34,303 nucleotides of DNA, taken from NCBI GenBank assembly GCA_003990765.1, contig RBNJ01000278.1, positions 1 through 34,303 of the forward strand, in the 5' to 3' direction. Shown here piece after piece: positions 1 through 12,842 of the stretch. A model generated the notes under the pieces. It worked only from the letters and a program-made list of their open reading frames with translations, did no database searches and had not been told where the DNA came from. Every line of letters starts with the position of its first letter. Position 1 is the first letter of the stretch. The DNA is from Jimgerdemannia flammicorona (lineage: Eukaryota). The position numbers and the translations under genes are program-made.

Positions 1-11
1 AAAAAAAAAAA

Positions 12-1900
12 GAGAGCATCTCACTATGATCTTCAAAGAAAATAACAAGGTTAAGAGCATAATGAAAACATATAGGATAAGCTGAATCAGTAAAGGAGAA
101 TTGAGAGAGAGTTATGGAAAAGACAAAGCAAGGACCCAGAGATAAGGCAAAGACTTGAAGAGGAGAAAGGGAGCAGTTAGCTAAAGAAAAAGAAGGAGAC
201 AAAAGAGCTCTAGAAGAAGAATAAACTCAAAAGTTTGGAACTAGTAACTGGGAAAGATGAAGGGGGGACAATATAAGGAACCACTCCAGGTATACCAGAA
301 GTGATGACAGAATCTAAGATGAGATAGGAATACCAAGGAAGAACTATACTAGAGGAAAGTTTAAGAGTAGGAGGCCTTCTTCTTTTCTCTGACTTTTTTT
401 GAAAGTAGTAAGCTTGATGAACAGGAGCACACTCTGTCAGAGTACCAGACCTTATAGCTACAGGCTTTCATCCAGCCCTTGCATTCAGAGGTATGGGTGG
501 AGAAGGTGGAGAAGAAACTGACAGAGGAGGTGGAGAGAGAGTGAGTGATAGAAGGAGCTGTAGGATGAGAGATACTATCATGGAGACAGATGGACTTGGC
601 TAGATATCAGTAGGTACAGTAGAGATGACTGGAGTAGATGGTATATGACCAAGCCCTAGTAGAGTAAGAACTAAGAGTGCAGCCATACTTGAGAGCAAAA
701 GAGACTAAGGAGGAGATCTTGGTAGAGGAGAGTGACTGAGAAGAGATTAATGAAGCCTTGTTTGGCTTAGTGGGGGTCTTGGCAGGGGTCTTGGTGGCAG
801 TAGTGGTGAAGGAGTGAACTTCAGCATAAGTGATAATATAAGCCTTGGTACAAATGGCCTCAGAGATCAAAATCTCAGAGAAGGTAGGCAGGGGAGCAGT
901 GGTGGCAGTGTGAGCTATGGTGACAGTAGTGGCAGTGTGAGCAGTAGTGGCAGTATGAGCAGTGGTGGCAGTATATAACAATTTCTGCTTATGGAGATGA
1001 GTAACAAATAAAGTACTGATGAGGAGGAAATAGTGAATGATATCAATATCAGTGGTAGTGGAGAGAACATTATAGACTTCAAAGCTACAAAAGAGAGTAG
1101 CATCCAGAAGATAAGAGAAGGCAAGGGCTATGAAGAAGGTATAAGTATATTAGAAAGAGGTAGAAGCAACAGTAGCAGTAGCAGTAGCAGTATTAGTGAT
1201 AGCAATCTTGATAGCAATGGAGGCAGCATAAATCTCTTCAGAGAGGGCTTGACAATAAGCCTTAAGGAGAATAGAGTAGCAGATGGTAGGCAGAGCAATG
1301 ATATCAACATCCTAGTAGAGATGAGTCTTCTTAGCAAAGAGGGTAAGAACTAACCAGAACTGAGAGAAGAATAGATAACTAGAAAGATGAAGGTCTAGAG
1401 AGAGAGAGAGGATGGTAGACAAGATATAAGTCTCAAATGAGATAGTGGCAGGAATGAAAGTGAGAGAAGGAGGAGAAGAACCTCATTTATAACTTTGTCA
1501 ATAGAGGTGGAGGTCCTAAGAGCAGATGGTATAGCAGAGGAGAAAGAAGACCCAGTAGGAGCCATGAGAGTGAACCCAGAGTCAGTGTCAAAGTAGATAA
1601 AAGACATATAGAAAGGTATGTATAAGAGGGGTGAATAAAGAATATAACTGAAAATGCATCAACTATTTATTACTATATAAAAGCATAGTCCTTATATACA
1701 ATATATAAGATTCCAAGAGAAAAGACATATCACAACTTGAGATAAACCAAATTAGGAACCACATGATAACTACTGAAGATAAGTAGAGATAAAGAGAGAG
1801 CCAATCCCAGTTGCAGAATAAAAATTACAAACAAATATAAATAAAACAAATCTAAATCAAGATTAAAAAATATCCACAGACTCCAAAGGAGTGAGTGCTT
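12..1900 (-). mobile_element. Degenerate 5' part (5' UTR plus ORF1/gag-like region) of a probable retrotransposon, likely a LINE; runs off or is truncated at the window start
   Basis: CpG-free. A minus-strand ATG at 1565 opens MAPTGSSFSSAIPSALRTSTS, followed by a long S/T/P-rich, stop-riddled coding-like stretch. The ~330 bp upstream is repeated in inverted orientation at ~2001-2372, so it is a repeat family. No RT seen, so the class is inferred. Confidence 0.5.
895..977 (-). repeat. Degenerate 18-bp tandem repeat (agcagtggtggcagtrtg), about 4.5 copies, encoding TATTAH-like units
   Basis: Read directly; ORF 607..981 shows TATTAHTATTAHTATT. Confidence 0.8.
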
Positions 1901-2372
1901 GCTCCAGGGTCTCAGCCTTCACTCTGCTCTCTTCTACTGCTTTTGATCCCTCACTTTACTTGGACTCACTGTGGCTCACTCTATTTTGGCCTCACTCCTT
2001 GCTTATGCTCATCTCTCTGAGGTCTGGAGATGTTTTTTAATCTTGATTTGGATTTGTTTTTTTTGTATTTATTTGTGATTTTTATCCTATAACTGGAATT
2101 GACTCTCTCTTTATCTCTACTTATCTCTAGTGGTCATATGGTTCCTAATTCAGTTTGCCCTAAGTTGTAGTATGTCTTCTCTTTTGAGATCTTATATTTT
2201 ATATATGTATAAAGACTATACTTTTGTATAGCAATAAATGGCTGATGTATTTCCAGTTATATTCTTTATTTATCTCTCTTATATATATCTTTCTATATAT
2301 TTTGTGTCTGCTTTGATACTAACTCTGGGTTCACTCTCATGGCTTCTACTGAGCCTTCTTCCTTCTCTCTTA
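1535..2372. repeat. Long inverted repeat, arms ~1535-1900 and ~2001-2372, ~100 bp spacer
   Basis: gccatgagagtgaacccagagt (1561-) pairs with actctgggttcactctcatggc (2322-2343); aaatcaagattaaaaaa pairs with ttttttaatcttgattt. Mismatches are mostly transitions. Confidence 0.9.
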
Positions 2373-3036
2373 TACTTAATACCCAATATTGGCCAATTCT
2401 CTATATAGTCTATAATATACTGAGATGATACTTTATTAATAATAGTAAAAGAAAGAAGATACTATATTAAAATAAATATATATCAGACATAGTTAGCAGT
2501 ACTAGAAACTGATAAAAAAGAGAAAAAAGCACTAATTTGATACTAATAAAGAGATACATAACTTATCACTATTATCTTTCTCTTACTAATATAGAAAACT
2601 ATACTGAGATAGAGAAATTGTAAGTTAGAAAAAAAAGACTTAGTCAGTTATCTATCAGATCTTATATATCTAGTATAGTAGTAGAGAAAGAAATATGATA
2701 CTTTTGATACTCTTTCTCTATACTTTTTCTTGGTACTTTATACTATCTTACTCTTTTTTATATATCTCTATCTCACTATTCATCAGTTTATTCTAACTAT
2801 ACCTATCAGTTCATTCTGATAATACTCTGCTCTATCCTGCTCTACTCTGCTCTATTCTGTTCCATTCTATTTTCTGATCAGTCTGTAATATCTTCTACTC
2901 TGATTTTTTAGCTCATTTTTGAGTTTCTCTGTCCCTCTGCTTTTTAGTTTTTTTTTGGACTAGTTTTCTAATACTCAGATATCTTTATTAAGCTCTGTAG
3001 TCTCATTCTATACTACTGGGTCCTACTCTGCTAGAA

Positions 3037-3252
3037 GGCTAGTTGAGAGATAACTCTGTCTCTCAATCTACACTATTATATATCTGTTCTCTTTAAATAC
3101 AGACCTCTTATATCTAGTCTTAAACAGATATAACATCTAATATCTAGAGTTCAGAGTTGTAGATTTTCTTACCCTCTTTAAGACTAGTTAAGAGTAGCTC
3201 TGTCTCTTAATCTATACTATCATATATCTGTTCTCTCTAGAGACAAACCTCT
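3037..3252 (+). repeat. ~72-bp direct repeat, two copies 144 bp apart (3037-3108 and 3181-3252), inside eroded TE DNA
   Basis: ctctgtctctcaatctacactattatatatctgttctct versus ctctgtctcttaatctatactatcatatatctgttctct. Confidence 0.8.
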
Positions 3253-3829
3253 TCAGGTATACTGAATCTATAATTAGAGACTTAGCAGTATCAGCTTTTT
3301 ATTATAATATTTAAGATAATTTTAATTAGATATACTCTAATTTGACAATTATTCTCTTCTATTATTAGTATACTCAGTATTATAACTAATAGTTTTACTC
3401 TAGAAGAAAATAATTTCTGTGAAATTTTATTTAAACTATAACTTATACTTACTACTATACTTAGAAAAACTACTATACATAACTAAAGACTATTAACTAA
3501 ACTTATTCTAGCTACTTTATAAAAACAATATAAAGATATTTCTGAATTTTTATATATATATTCTTTATTTAAGAGACTCTGTAAGAAACTTTCTAAAATT
3601 CTGAGCAGTGTGGTTTGAAGGAGCTATAGTACTTTTAGTTTCTGACTAGCTTAGCTTTAACTAGACAATAGATCTATAATTGAATCTAGTAGTTTTTAAT
3701 AGTATATATTATAGATAAATCAGAGCTATCTTTTGGAAACTGTTCTTTTAGATATTATTAATATATAAATATTCAATATTTTTATTACTGGTATTAATTT
3801 TTTAGAGTAGTGAGAAAGATTCTTAAAAG

Positions 3830-4195
3830 TAGTATTCTTAAATAAATTAAATTAATTCAAATCAAATTGAGATCTAATTCAATTCAATTAAATTTAATTT
3901 AATTTATAATATATATTTATCCCAAATTTAAAATATAATAACTTAATAGAAATATATCTAAATTTAATATTCTTTATTATACTAGATTCTCTATTATAAG
4001 ATATATTAAATAAGCTAAAATTCATTAAACTTAGTTATTGAATTTTGAAAAATTAGATTTAAATTAGACTTCAAATTAAATTAAGTCTTAATTTAAATTG
4101 AATTGAATTGAATTGACTCTTAATTTGATTTGAATATTTCAAATTAAATCAAATTGAAGATAAATTTAATTTAATTTAATTTATTCTAAGTATTA
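3830..4195. mobile_element. Non-autonomous hAT-like MITE with TIRs and AATTG/CAATT subterminal repeats
   Basis: Left end tagtattcttaaataaattaaattaa; reverse complement of right end taatacttagaataaattaaattaa. Inner inverted match attcaaatcaaattragrnnnaattcaattcaatt. Flanks cttaaaag (3822-3829) and cttaatag (4196-4203) give a 7/8 match for an 8-bp TSD, the hAT-typical length. Confidence 0.7.
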
Positions 4196-4661
4196 CTTAA
4201 TAGAAGCAGTTAGAGAATTTTTTAGTTTAGTAGTAAGATTGATAGTATTATTTATAGAAGCTAAAAAGTAGATTTGCTCAATTATAGTTTCAAATTTCAG
4301 CCTCAGGAGATTTTAAAGTATAATATATTCCCTGTCTTGATTTTTTAAAAATTTAGTCAATACTTTTTATCCAAGATCTAGCTATAGTTGAATATTGATA
4401 TTTCTGTTAGATCAACTGAAAAAAACAAGCAGAATTAATTTTACATAGTAATACTATTAGAATCTTCATTACTTCTGGTAAGAATTCTAGATTAAATATA
4501 TAACTATATTATTCTAAATATAACTATAGATGAGGTTATTCTTATTATCTAATAGAGAATACTTAAAACTCATATACTATATCTTTCTCTAATACTATTT
4601 GGGTTATATAACCTTTAAAAAGTACTTATAATATCATTTTTGGAGAAAAGAGACTAGCAAT

Positions 4662-6700
4662 ATGGTAACCAACAGACAATCTGAGGTATATACTAGACAG
4701 GGTGGCCTAAGCACATTCAACTGGCAGTATGTAGGAAGAGGCTCTGGTCTGGGGGGGGGGGGTATGGGGGGACTACTAGCTGGTAGATGTGGAAGGGGAG
4801 GAGATAGTGATAGAGGACAGGAGTCTGAGGGGGCAAGCTTTGCAGAGATGGTAAAGGAGAGATAGCAGACATCTGGACTAGAGAGATAGCTGAGGAAAAT
4901 CAAAGAGATGGAGAAGACAGCTGTTCATAAGGAAGTAGTTCTTAGTAGTGGAGACAGTGGAGCTGAGGGTATAGTAGCTGGGGTGAATATGATGGCTAAT
5001 GGTGATAGGACTGTCAATCTGGAAAAAAATCCAGATGTGACTGCTGATGGTGTGGCTGAGCAGTGGGGGCTTAGAGGGCAGGGAGATTTGGCAGATAGTG
5101 TGATGGACCTAGTAGTGGCCCCATTACTCAAAAAATCGATCTTGGTATTCATGATTATACTATACTTCTGGAGCCTAGTAGTGATGGTAAAAATGGTACT
5201 GGGGTTCATTGCTAAGTAGGTGGCTGGAGTAGTATCAGTAAAGTTTCTGAAGGAATTGGAGGAAGTGGAGGTGGGCTTTGAGGAGACTGAGCCTTTGGAG
5301 GAGATACTGAAGGTTAGTTTGATTATTGAGAAGGTATGTATCTCTATGGTATATTATCTGAGATGGGACACCAGGGTAGTACAACTACTGGTGAAAGGAG
5401 TATCTATAGTGATAGCAGTAAAGATGAGAAGGAGAGTTGAGGAGATCATGGTAGAGTATAATGAGGTAGTAGATATCAGATTCAGGGTCTGGGAGGGAAC
5501 CTTACTTAGGACAGAGGATGTTGATATGTAGATTCAGCTGGTAGGGAAGAAAGCTACCAGGAAGATAAGAAACTGGCCTTCAGTGATAGTCTGAGGGACA
5601 ATCTTGTATAAGGTAACAAGGGTAAAGGGGAGTAAGGAGGAGGAGGAGGACTTATTGGAAGTACTGGAAGAGCTGAGTGATATGGTGGAGTGGTAGGTGA
5701 AGGCTTGGAAGGCTTTTGTAGAGTTGACACACTTGAAGATAGTGGATGGGAAGTGAATTTAAGTAGATAAGAGGTAGTGAGAAAGAGCTCAGAGATATAA
5801 GCATTAGAAGGAACTGCTGGCTAAGCTAGAAAGTAGATCACAGAAGGATGCAGGTAGAATGGTAGAGAGGGGGGGTGCCAAAGTGAGTGTCTGGGCCAGC
5901 AAGGATGGCAAGAGTATAGGGAAGGAGATAGGAGAGGACAGGGAAGTGACTGGCAATGATCCATATACTGATGGTATGTTTGAGATCTGGGAGGAGACCT
6001 GGGAGAGATTGCCTACCCCTACTTTTCTTATCAGGAGAGGTCTGACTTCCCAAAGCAGAGTGGTAGAGGATGTGCCAATATGGGGGGCCCAGCAAGTACA
6101 ATTTGGAGTTTCTGAGATAGCAAATGGAAGACAAGTAGTAATGGTTGGAGAGAAGAAATTAGTAGATATCCTAGAGATATGAGATGAGTCTATAAGTACC
6201 AGAGCTGACACCATAATGTTGGATAGAGGGAGGCCAGCAACTCCTGGGGGGAAGGAGGTGGAGAACCTACTTTGAATGTGCAGGATGATGAATAATCTGG
6301 TGGCTGAGGAGTTGGGAGAGGTGGACTTGAGAGTAATGAGTGATGAGCATTGAACATAGATCCTGCAGGAGGATGGGGTGAAGTTGGCATTGAAGGCAGA
6401 AATCCTTGTAGTATATCTGAAGGAGAAAGAATATGAGGTGGATAAGGAGTGGGAAGCAAAGCTGGCAGGTATTTCTGAATACTGCTGGACCAAGCATTAT
6501 GGATTGTAGCTCTGGCAGAAGGCCTGCCTAGAGTATTGAGAGAAGTTTGAGAAGAAGGCAGATGAGAAGATAAATGAGCTATTGGCTGGATTGAAGGCTC
6601 AGAGGACTGAAGAGGAGAAGGTGACTACAGAATATAATCTGAACTTGATACAGAAAGAGATGAATATAGAGCAGTAGAGATAAACTGGATAATACACTAT
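4662..6700 (+). pseudogene. LINE ORF1 remnant (nucleic-acid binding/coiled-coil protein)
   Basis: First ATG 89 bp inside the 5' TSD. Chain of broken plus-strand ORFs (4662, 4908, 5220, 5859) and an E/K-rich coiled-coil-like end at ~6380-6690. Assigned by position upstream of ORF2. Confidence 0.7.
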
Positions 6701-6708
6701 ATTTCATT

Positions 6709-9700
6709 ATGAATAGTACAACTAACATTTTCTCTTTGAACATGAATGGGTTACTGATCACTTCTCAATATAGGAATACTTTTACTTGGCTAAAAGGATT
6801 GGAGGCCAATCTCTTTATCTTACAGGATATCAGATGTGAGGATGATCTGAATAGACTGGAATGGATGAAGGAATGGGGAGATGAGGCAGTTTGGAAGGGC
6901 AAGGTTGGGATTCTGGTCTTGAAAGGCAGAGGGGAGATATGGAACATGAGGAGCTAGAGAGATAGATTGGTCTGGGGAGAGTGGATATGTACAGGTTGGG
7001 AGCTAATCACAGTGGGCTTCTGTTACTGCTCTGCTGTATGGAGTGGGTATGTGGATTGGGTGAAGAGTCTACAGGAGAGTGGGGTTCTTACAGAGACTGG
7101 GGTAGATATACTTGGTGGAGACTTCAATATGGTCTGGGATATACTGATGGATAGAACAGATGGCAGATGGGGAGCTAAAAGTAGGAGTGGAGGGCTGACA
7201 GCATGGGAGGATGTGGAAAGGCTAAGTATTCTAGTAGATACTGGTAGGGAGTATTGGGGGGATAGGAGGATATATACACACTAGGCAGGGGGCCTGGGGA
7301 TGAGGATTGACTAGATGTTGATGGCCAGCTACTGGGGCTTAGATGTTTGAAAGTCACTAGAGGTAGAATGGTGTCCTTGGTCAGATCATTGGGAGCTATT
7401 AGGGCAGGGGCATTTTGGGGGGAGTGGGGATGGGCCTGGACATTAACACCTCAATTTCTCTTTATTAGATGACAGGGTCTGATAGGAGAAATGAGCTGAG
7501 GACATTTAACTAAGGGTGGAGAGCTGGAGGCAAGAAGGTGCCCCAGTTGGTGTTTGGTGGATGAGGATGAAAGAGATGGCCAGAGTCTACTGGAGTGAGG
7601 CAGACAGGGAGGCTGAGAAGTAGAGGAGATGATGGGTGAGATGGGCTTCTGTTAGACTGACTAGACTCTTAGAGGATTGGGCAGGGCTAGTGATAGTGGA
7701 GAGGGGAGAGGACTGGAGATTAATGAGGGTGAAAATAGAGGTTGGAGAATTACAACAGATACTGTGGGATGAGAAAGAGGTAAGGGGGCAGAGCCTGGCA
7801 GTATAGCTTCATTGGCAGGGTTTGGAGGAAGGGAAGAGGCCCTTTAAGTATCTCTCAAAGGCCCTTCAGGTGAGAAGGATACAGCAAAAATAGGAGGGGG
7901 TGCTTAACTCTGATAGTATACTGGTACATGGTATACAAGACATTCTTAGTTCATTAAAGGAGCAATGGAGTGGATTGTAGAGTGAGGAGGAGGGTGGGAC
8001 AGATGCTGCTACTATTGACTATGTATTGGAGAATTAGCACCCTCCACAAGTAGATGGGCTGAGTGACTTGGTATTGCTGATACAAGAGAAAGAGATCCAC
8101 CAGATTCTTGCCACAATAATCTTGGGTACAGCACCTGGGGAGAATGGTCTGCTCTGGGACTTCTGGAAGAAGATAGTGGGGGTCTCAGGAGTACTGAGTA
8201 AGATGATAGCATTGTGTGACTTTATATTACAGATAGGGAGGTGGGTGGGAGAGCAGGATCTGGAGCTGGTGACATTACTTTACAAGAATAAAGAGAGGTA
8301 AGAGGACTGGAAGAACTGGTAGCTGATTATACTACTAGATATGAACAGAAAGTTGGTAACTAAGGTGGTAGTCATAAGGCTACAGAAGGTGGCCCAGCAA
8401 GTCTTGGGTGTTGAGTAGAGGGGCTTTGTAGAAGGCCAGCTCATTAGAGATGACACAGCTTGGGTATATGAAGTTATTGAAGAGGCATAAGCTTGTGGAC
8501 TAGATGGACAACTGGTCTTCCTAGACCAGGAGAAGACTTATGACTGAGTGTGGTGAGTCTGGCTAGTGAAAGTATTGGATAGGACTGAGGTACTGTACCA
8601 GTTCCAGTCAGCAATGATCAGCCTACTAGAAGGGAGTAGGGCTGCACTCATATGTAATAGACATAGAGGGGTATCATTTCCTCTAGATAGGGGTGTACCT
8701 CAGGAGGATCTATTATCCCCCATTCTATATACCCTTTTTCTGGAGTCTCTAATAGATAGAATCAGGAGGAAGATAGTGGGGTTCTCCATCTTTGGGATTG
8801 AGTGGAAAGTTGGGGCCTTTGCTGATGATATGGTGGTTGGTCTGGGGTCTATCACTGATGTTGAGAAGCTCAAGAAGATGGTGGAGTAGTATGAGGAGAA
8901 CTCTGGAACTAAACTTAATTGGTATAAGTATGAAACAATAGTATTGGGCAATGACCTGATGGGAGGAGATATTATTGGAACAATTATCCATATTGGTGAG
9001 GCAGTGTGGTACTTGGGTATTTATTTATCAGTATATGGGTCAGTACTATCTAGACTTTAGTGAGAGTAGAGGGTTGGAATCTGGGGGGAGGCCCTGCAGA
9101 GCTGGGGGGGTTACTAATTGTCTCTAGTAGGGTGTATCTTGATTTTGAACATTTATTGGCTGCTGAAGTTATGATATCTGGCTTACTATCTAGACTTCCC
9201 AGCCTGGGTAGAAGTGATTGATGAAGCTGGCCAAGAGGTGGATCTGGGCTGGAAGAAGGAGTCAGATCAGTTAAGAGGTCTTATCTTTACTAGTGGAAAG
9301 AGGAGGGCTTGGACTGGTTGACTTTCCAAGAAGACTACACTGTTTGAGAGCATGGTGGTTGAAGAGGGCAGTAGAGTTGAGTGGGAGCAGATAGGTCTCC
9401 CTGTTGCAGAAGGTCTGAGAGATGAGGTCCTCATCAAGAGGCTTGACAGAAGATCTCTTATCATTGATTGGGCTTTAGAACACTGCATAATTGCAATATA
9501 AAGGCTTCTGATGGGGAGTAGTAGAGGGGGCACACTGCATTGAAATTCATTGGTAGAGTAATGATGGAGAGATAGCTTGGGACCCAATAATGTAGAGGTG
9601 GGACAGAGTATTGCTGGGAGGCATTCTCTTAATTGAATTCAACATTAGTGATGGGATAGATTGCCAAAGGGGACAAGGTCAGGATCTGTGGCCTAGTGGA

Positions 9701-10330
9701 TAGCAGGGAGTAGATATTAGAGAAGAGTAGAACTAACATGGTATATAGGCCTGAAGTGCTGAGGTGAGGAAATAGATACTGCTGAAGTACTGGGTGGTCT
9801 GGTGGCACATGCTGAGGAGGAATGTTATGCTCAACTTCCACTCAGATCACCTTATCAAGGGGGGTTGCTTCAACTATAAGGAGTGCCACAATATCAGGCA
9901 GGAAGGAGGATATGTGTAGATGTCTGAATATTAGCTAGGGGAGTATAAGGTACTTAGTGACTTTTGGTGGGCTATTGGAGACTGCTTGAAGGTAGTGTGT
10001 AGGAGTGATGGCACATAGAGTCAGTGGGAGGATTTGAGAGATAAACTGGTAGGGGGGATGGGAAAGGAGTAACTTACCTTAGGCTGGGTTTTGGTAATTT
10101 AGATGGAGCTGACCAGTCACTGGCTATTTGTTTTTGAAGATAAGAGGAGACTGGGCTTGGGGGACTGGTTATTGCATTAGTATATGAAAGACATCTTGAT
10201 GGACTGATGGCTTGGTTGGAGGCTGCAAGATAGTTGAAGACATCACTTAGTAGAGAAGATTTATAGGTAGAGTGAGAGAAGAGTGGAAGTAGTGGGTGAG
10301 AAGGTGGTCTTTATTTATGATGATGTAGAG
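6709..10330 (+). pseudogene. LINE ORF2 remnant: APE-type endonuclease (~6709-7400) plus reverse transcriptase (~8060-9030)
   Basis: IFSLNMNGL, LFILQD, ILGGDFN (7114), SDH (7381); APGENGL, NW*LI (=NWRPI, 8314), *RGFVEGQLI (=QxGFxxGRxI, 8416), LDQEKTYD*V (8521), GVPQEDLLSP (8692), AFADD (8815), YLG (9010). Many in-frame stops. 3' end approximate. Confidence 0.93.
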
Positions 10331-10409
10331 AGAGGCTCTCCTATGGGGATCAGGTAGTGGGGGAGATACTGTATACTTATTAATAGACTGATAATAAATA
10401 GTAGCATCT

Positions 10410-10465
<56 letters not shown>

Positions 10466-11172
10466 TACTTAAAACTCAAATGATACAAATTCTGACAAAT
10501 ATTTATAAGGAAGTATTTATATTTTAGTAAGCAGAATTATATAGTAAGACTAGGGCTAGAACTAGGCTTTATATATATATCTACTAATTATATATTATTA
10601 TTTATAGAAAAAATATACTATTATATTACTCTAATAAGTAATTTTAAGATAAAAACTAGATAAGATTGGTATAAAAAATATGAGACAGTGATCATGAAGA
10701 TAGTATTACTCTTCTTTACAACTTTTTGCTAAGTGTGGATACAAACTCTCTTTTTTAGTCTATTCTTTAATAATTTGAAGTTCTTTATTAGTAATCTGAG
10801 AGTCTGACTATAAATAATTCTGCTATAATATCTCAAAAATCTGCTATGAATCTTTCTAGAATTAATAGAGATTAGTTAAGTTAAACTCAGTCCAAAGTAT
10901 ACTTTTGGTTTAGTGGATTTGACTTTGAGTAAGATATTGTCAAAATTAGTAATATATTCTTTGAATACTATATTAGTTTACTAATATATATTGATAAGAA
11001 TATCACTGATTTTACTCTAAATAGTAAAATATAATAAATAATATACTTCAAAGTCTAGTAGCTTATTTTATAATCTTATATGGTTTTGATATATTATTGA
11101 AATCTGATATACATATCTGAGTTTTCACTCTAATCAATCTTACAAATTAACTGTTCTAAGTAATAGTGAGAT

Positions 11173-11709
11173 TAGTGCTCTGAATGAGTCAATTTAAATT
11201 AATTTAAAGTGGCTTATAGATAGTATAATTTGATATATCAACATTATTGTTTTAATTTCCAAATTAGATAATTAAATATTTATATGTATTAATAACTTGA
11301 TAAAAAAATCATCCAATTTTGATAATTATAATATCTTTTGAAAGTTCTTAATATAATCTTTCTAATGATATCAAGAATATTAAAATCAGATAATATATTA
11401 CTGAGTTATTAAGAAAAACATCTATTTTATCAATTTTGAAAATTTCTTTAAAAGAATATTTTTATTGATAACTTGACAATATATTATTCAATTTCAACAT
11501 TCTTAGTATCATTAGAAAGATATCTTTAAGGGCTTTTAAATAATACCATAATCATCAAAATTAGATAATATTTTATCAAGTTATTAATATAAACATTTTA
11601 TTATCTAATTGAAAATTAAAACAATGATATTGATATGTCAAATTTATACTATCTATAAGCTACTTTGAATTGATTAAAATCAATTTAAATTGACTTATTC
11701 AGAGTACTA
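11173..11709. mobile_element. ~537-bp foldback/MITE: near-complete palindrome with ~245-bp arms
   Basis: tagtgctctgaatgagtcaatttaaatt at the left end and aatttaaattgacttattcagagtacta at the right. Internal pairs such as gcttatagatagtataa/ttatactatctataagc and tctttctaatgata/tatcattagaaaga. No TSD recognised. Confidence 0.85.
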
Positions 11710-12842
11710 CTATATATCTTTTATCATATATATTATATTGTCTTCTTTGAGCTTAGAATATTCTTTTGGTAAAGTTATCTTTTATAGACTATGTCTTTGT
11801 CAGTTTTATATATATTAATATATTCTTGAATATAACTAATAAGGTTATATAAATAATTATAAGACTATAGCTTGATTACTATGTTAGAATACTTGAGCTC
11901 TATTGTTATATCTTTTTTACCCTCAGCATTATTACTGTCTTCACTATCTTTATCTTTATTTTTATCTTTACTTTTATCTTCAAGATTAAAGATAAATGTT
12001 GTTTTTACTATTGTTGATGTAGTTGTTATCAAGATTGTAATAGTAAAATGTATAAAATATAAGATTACTAATATATAGATATATATATATACTTTTCAAC
12101 TATTATTACTCTTAAAGTATTAATATAGTTATATATATATACCTTTTGATAGCAAATAACTTATATTAGTTGAAGTACTAATTGTGGTAATCTTTTTTTA
12201 TAATTTTACTATATGTTCTATTTTCTTAGTTAGGGTTTTTTTTTATAGAGACCTCTTTTCTTGGTCCTGGGTTTGATAAATTATAGTGGTGGAGGAAGAG
12301 GTGAAAGATTACTATCATCAGAGAGCTCTTACTGTAGTTTTTTTTACTGTATATTCTGTCTTGATGAGATTCTTCTGATAGAGACCTCACTTTCTCTTAG
12401 AATTGATAGATTGCTATAATAGTAGAGGAAAATCATCATTATCACTGATGGAGATATCAATGTTGAGATCAAGAGAATCATTTCTTTATAAGACAGGTAA
12501 TATTGAATGACTGGGCAACATAGAGGATTCTTTTCTGCTGCTCAGCAGTTTCTGAATGAACTTCATTTAGCAGGTGTGTGGTGAAAAATAAAATCACTTA
12601 ATTAGTATTATTAGTATATACTGTTTTATTCCAACCAATAGCTTTCAGATTACAGGAACCTAAAGTTAATATTTCAAATTTCGCCCCCAAATTTAAAATA
12701 TTTCAAATTTCGGTGATGTCTCCATTATTTTCCCTTAATGTATTGAAAAAATGGGAATGCATCGACATTTTCTAGAAAATACACAAATGTAGCCCAGTCT
12801 CCTAGTGCAAATGGCAGCAGACACAATCTAATTACTTCAGTC

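Larger units (their letters stand above)
4573..10460 (+). mobile_element. Full-length L1/Tx1-clade non-LTR retrotransposon (LINE), inactivated by point mutation
   Basis: Perfect 18-bp TSD gagaatacttaaaactca at 4555-4572 and 10461-10478. AATAAA at 10393-10398, A47 tail at 10414-10460. ORF1 from ~4662 and ORF2 from 6709 with APE endonuclease and RT motifs. Confidence 0.95.

Noticed and set aside
1..11. Poly(A) tail of another LINE
   Set aside because: Possible, but cut by the window edge; no TSD can be tested.
5804..6493. 229-aa minus-strand ORF and other antisense ORFs in the LINE
   Set aside because: Shadows of the purine-rich LINE coding strand.
6709..9030. Alternative genetic code or stop read-through in the RT
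   Set aside because: Stops replace different residues (Arg, Gln, probably Trp) and are explained by C>T/G>A; the TRP gene uses the standard code cleanly.
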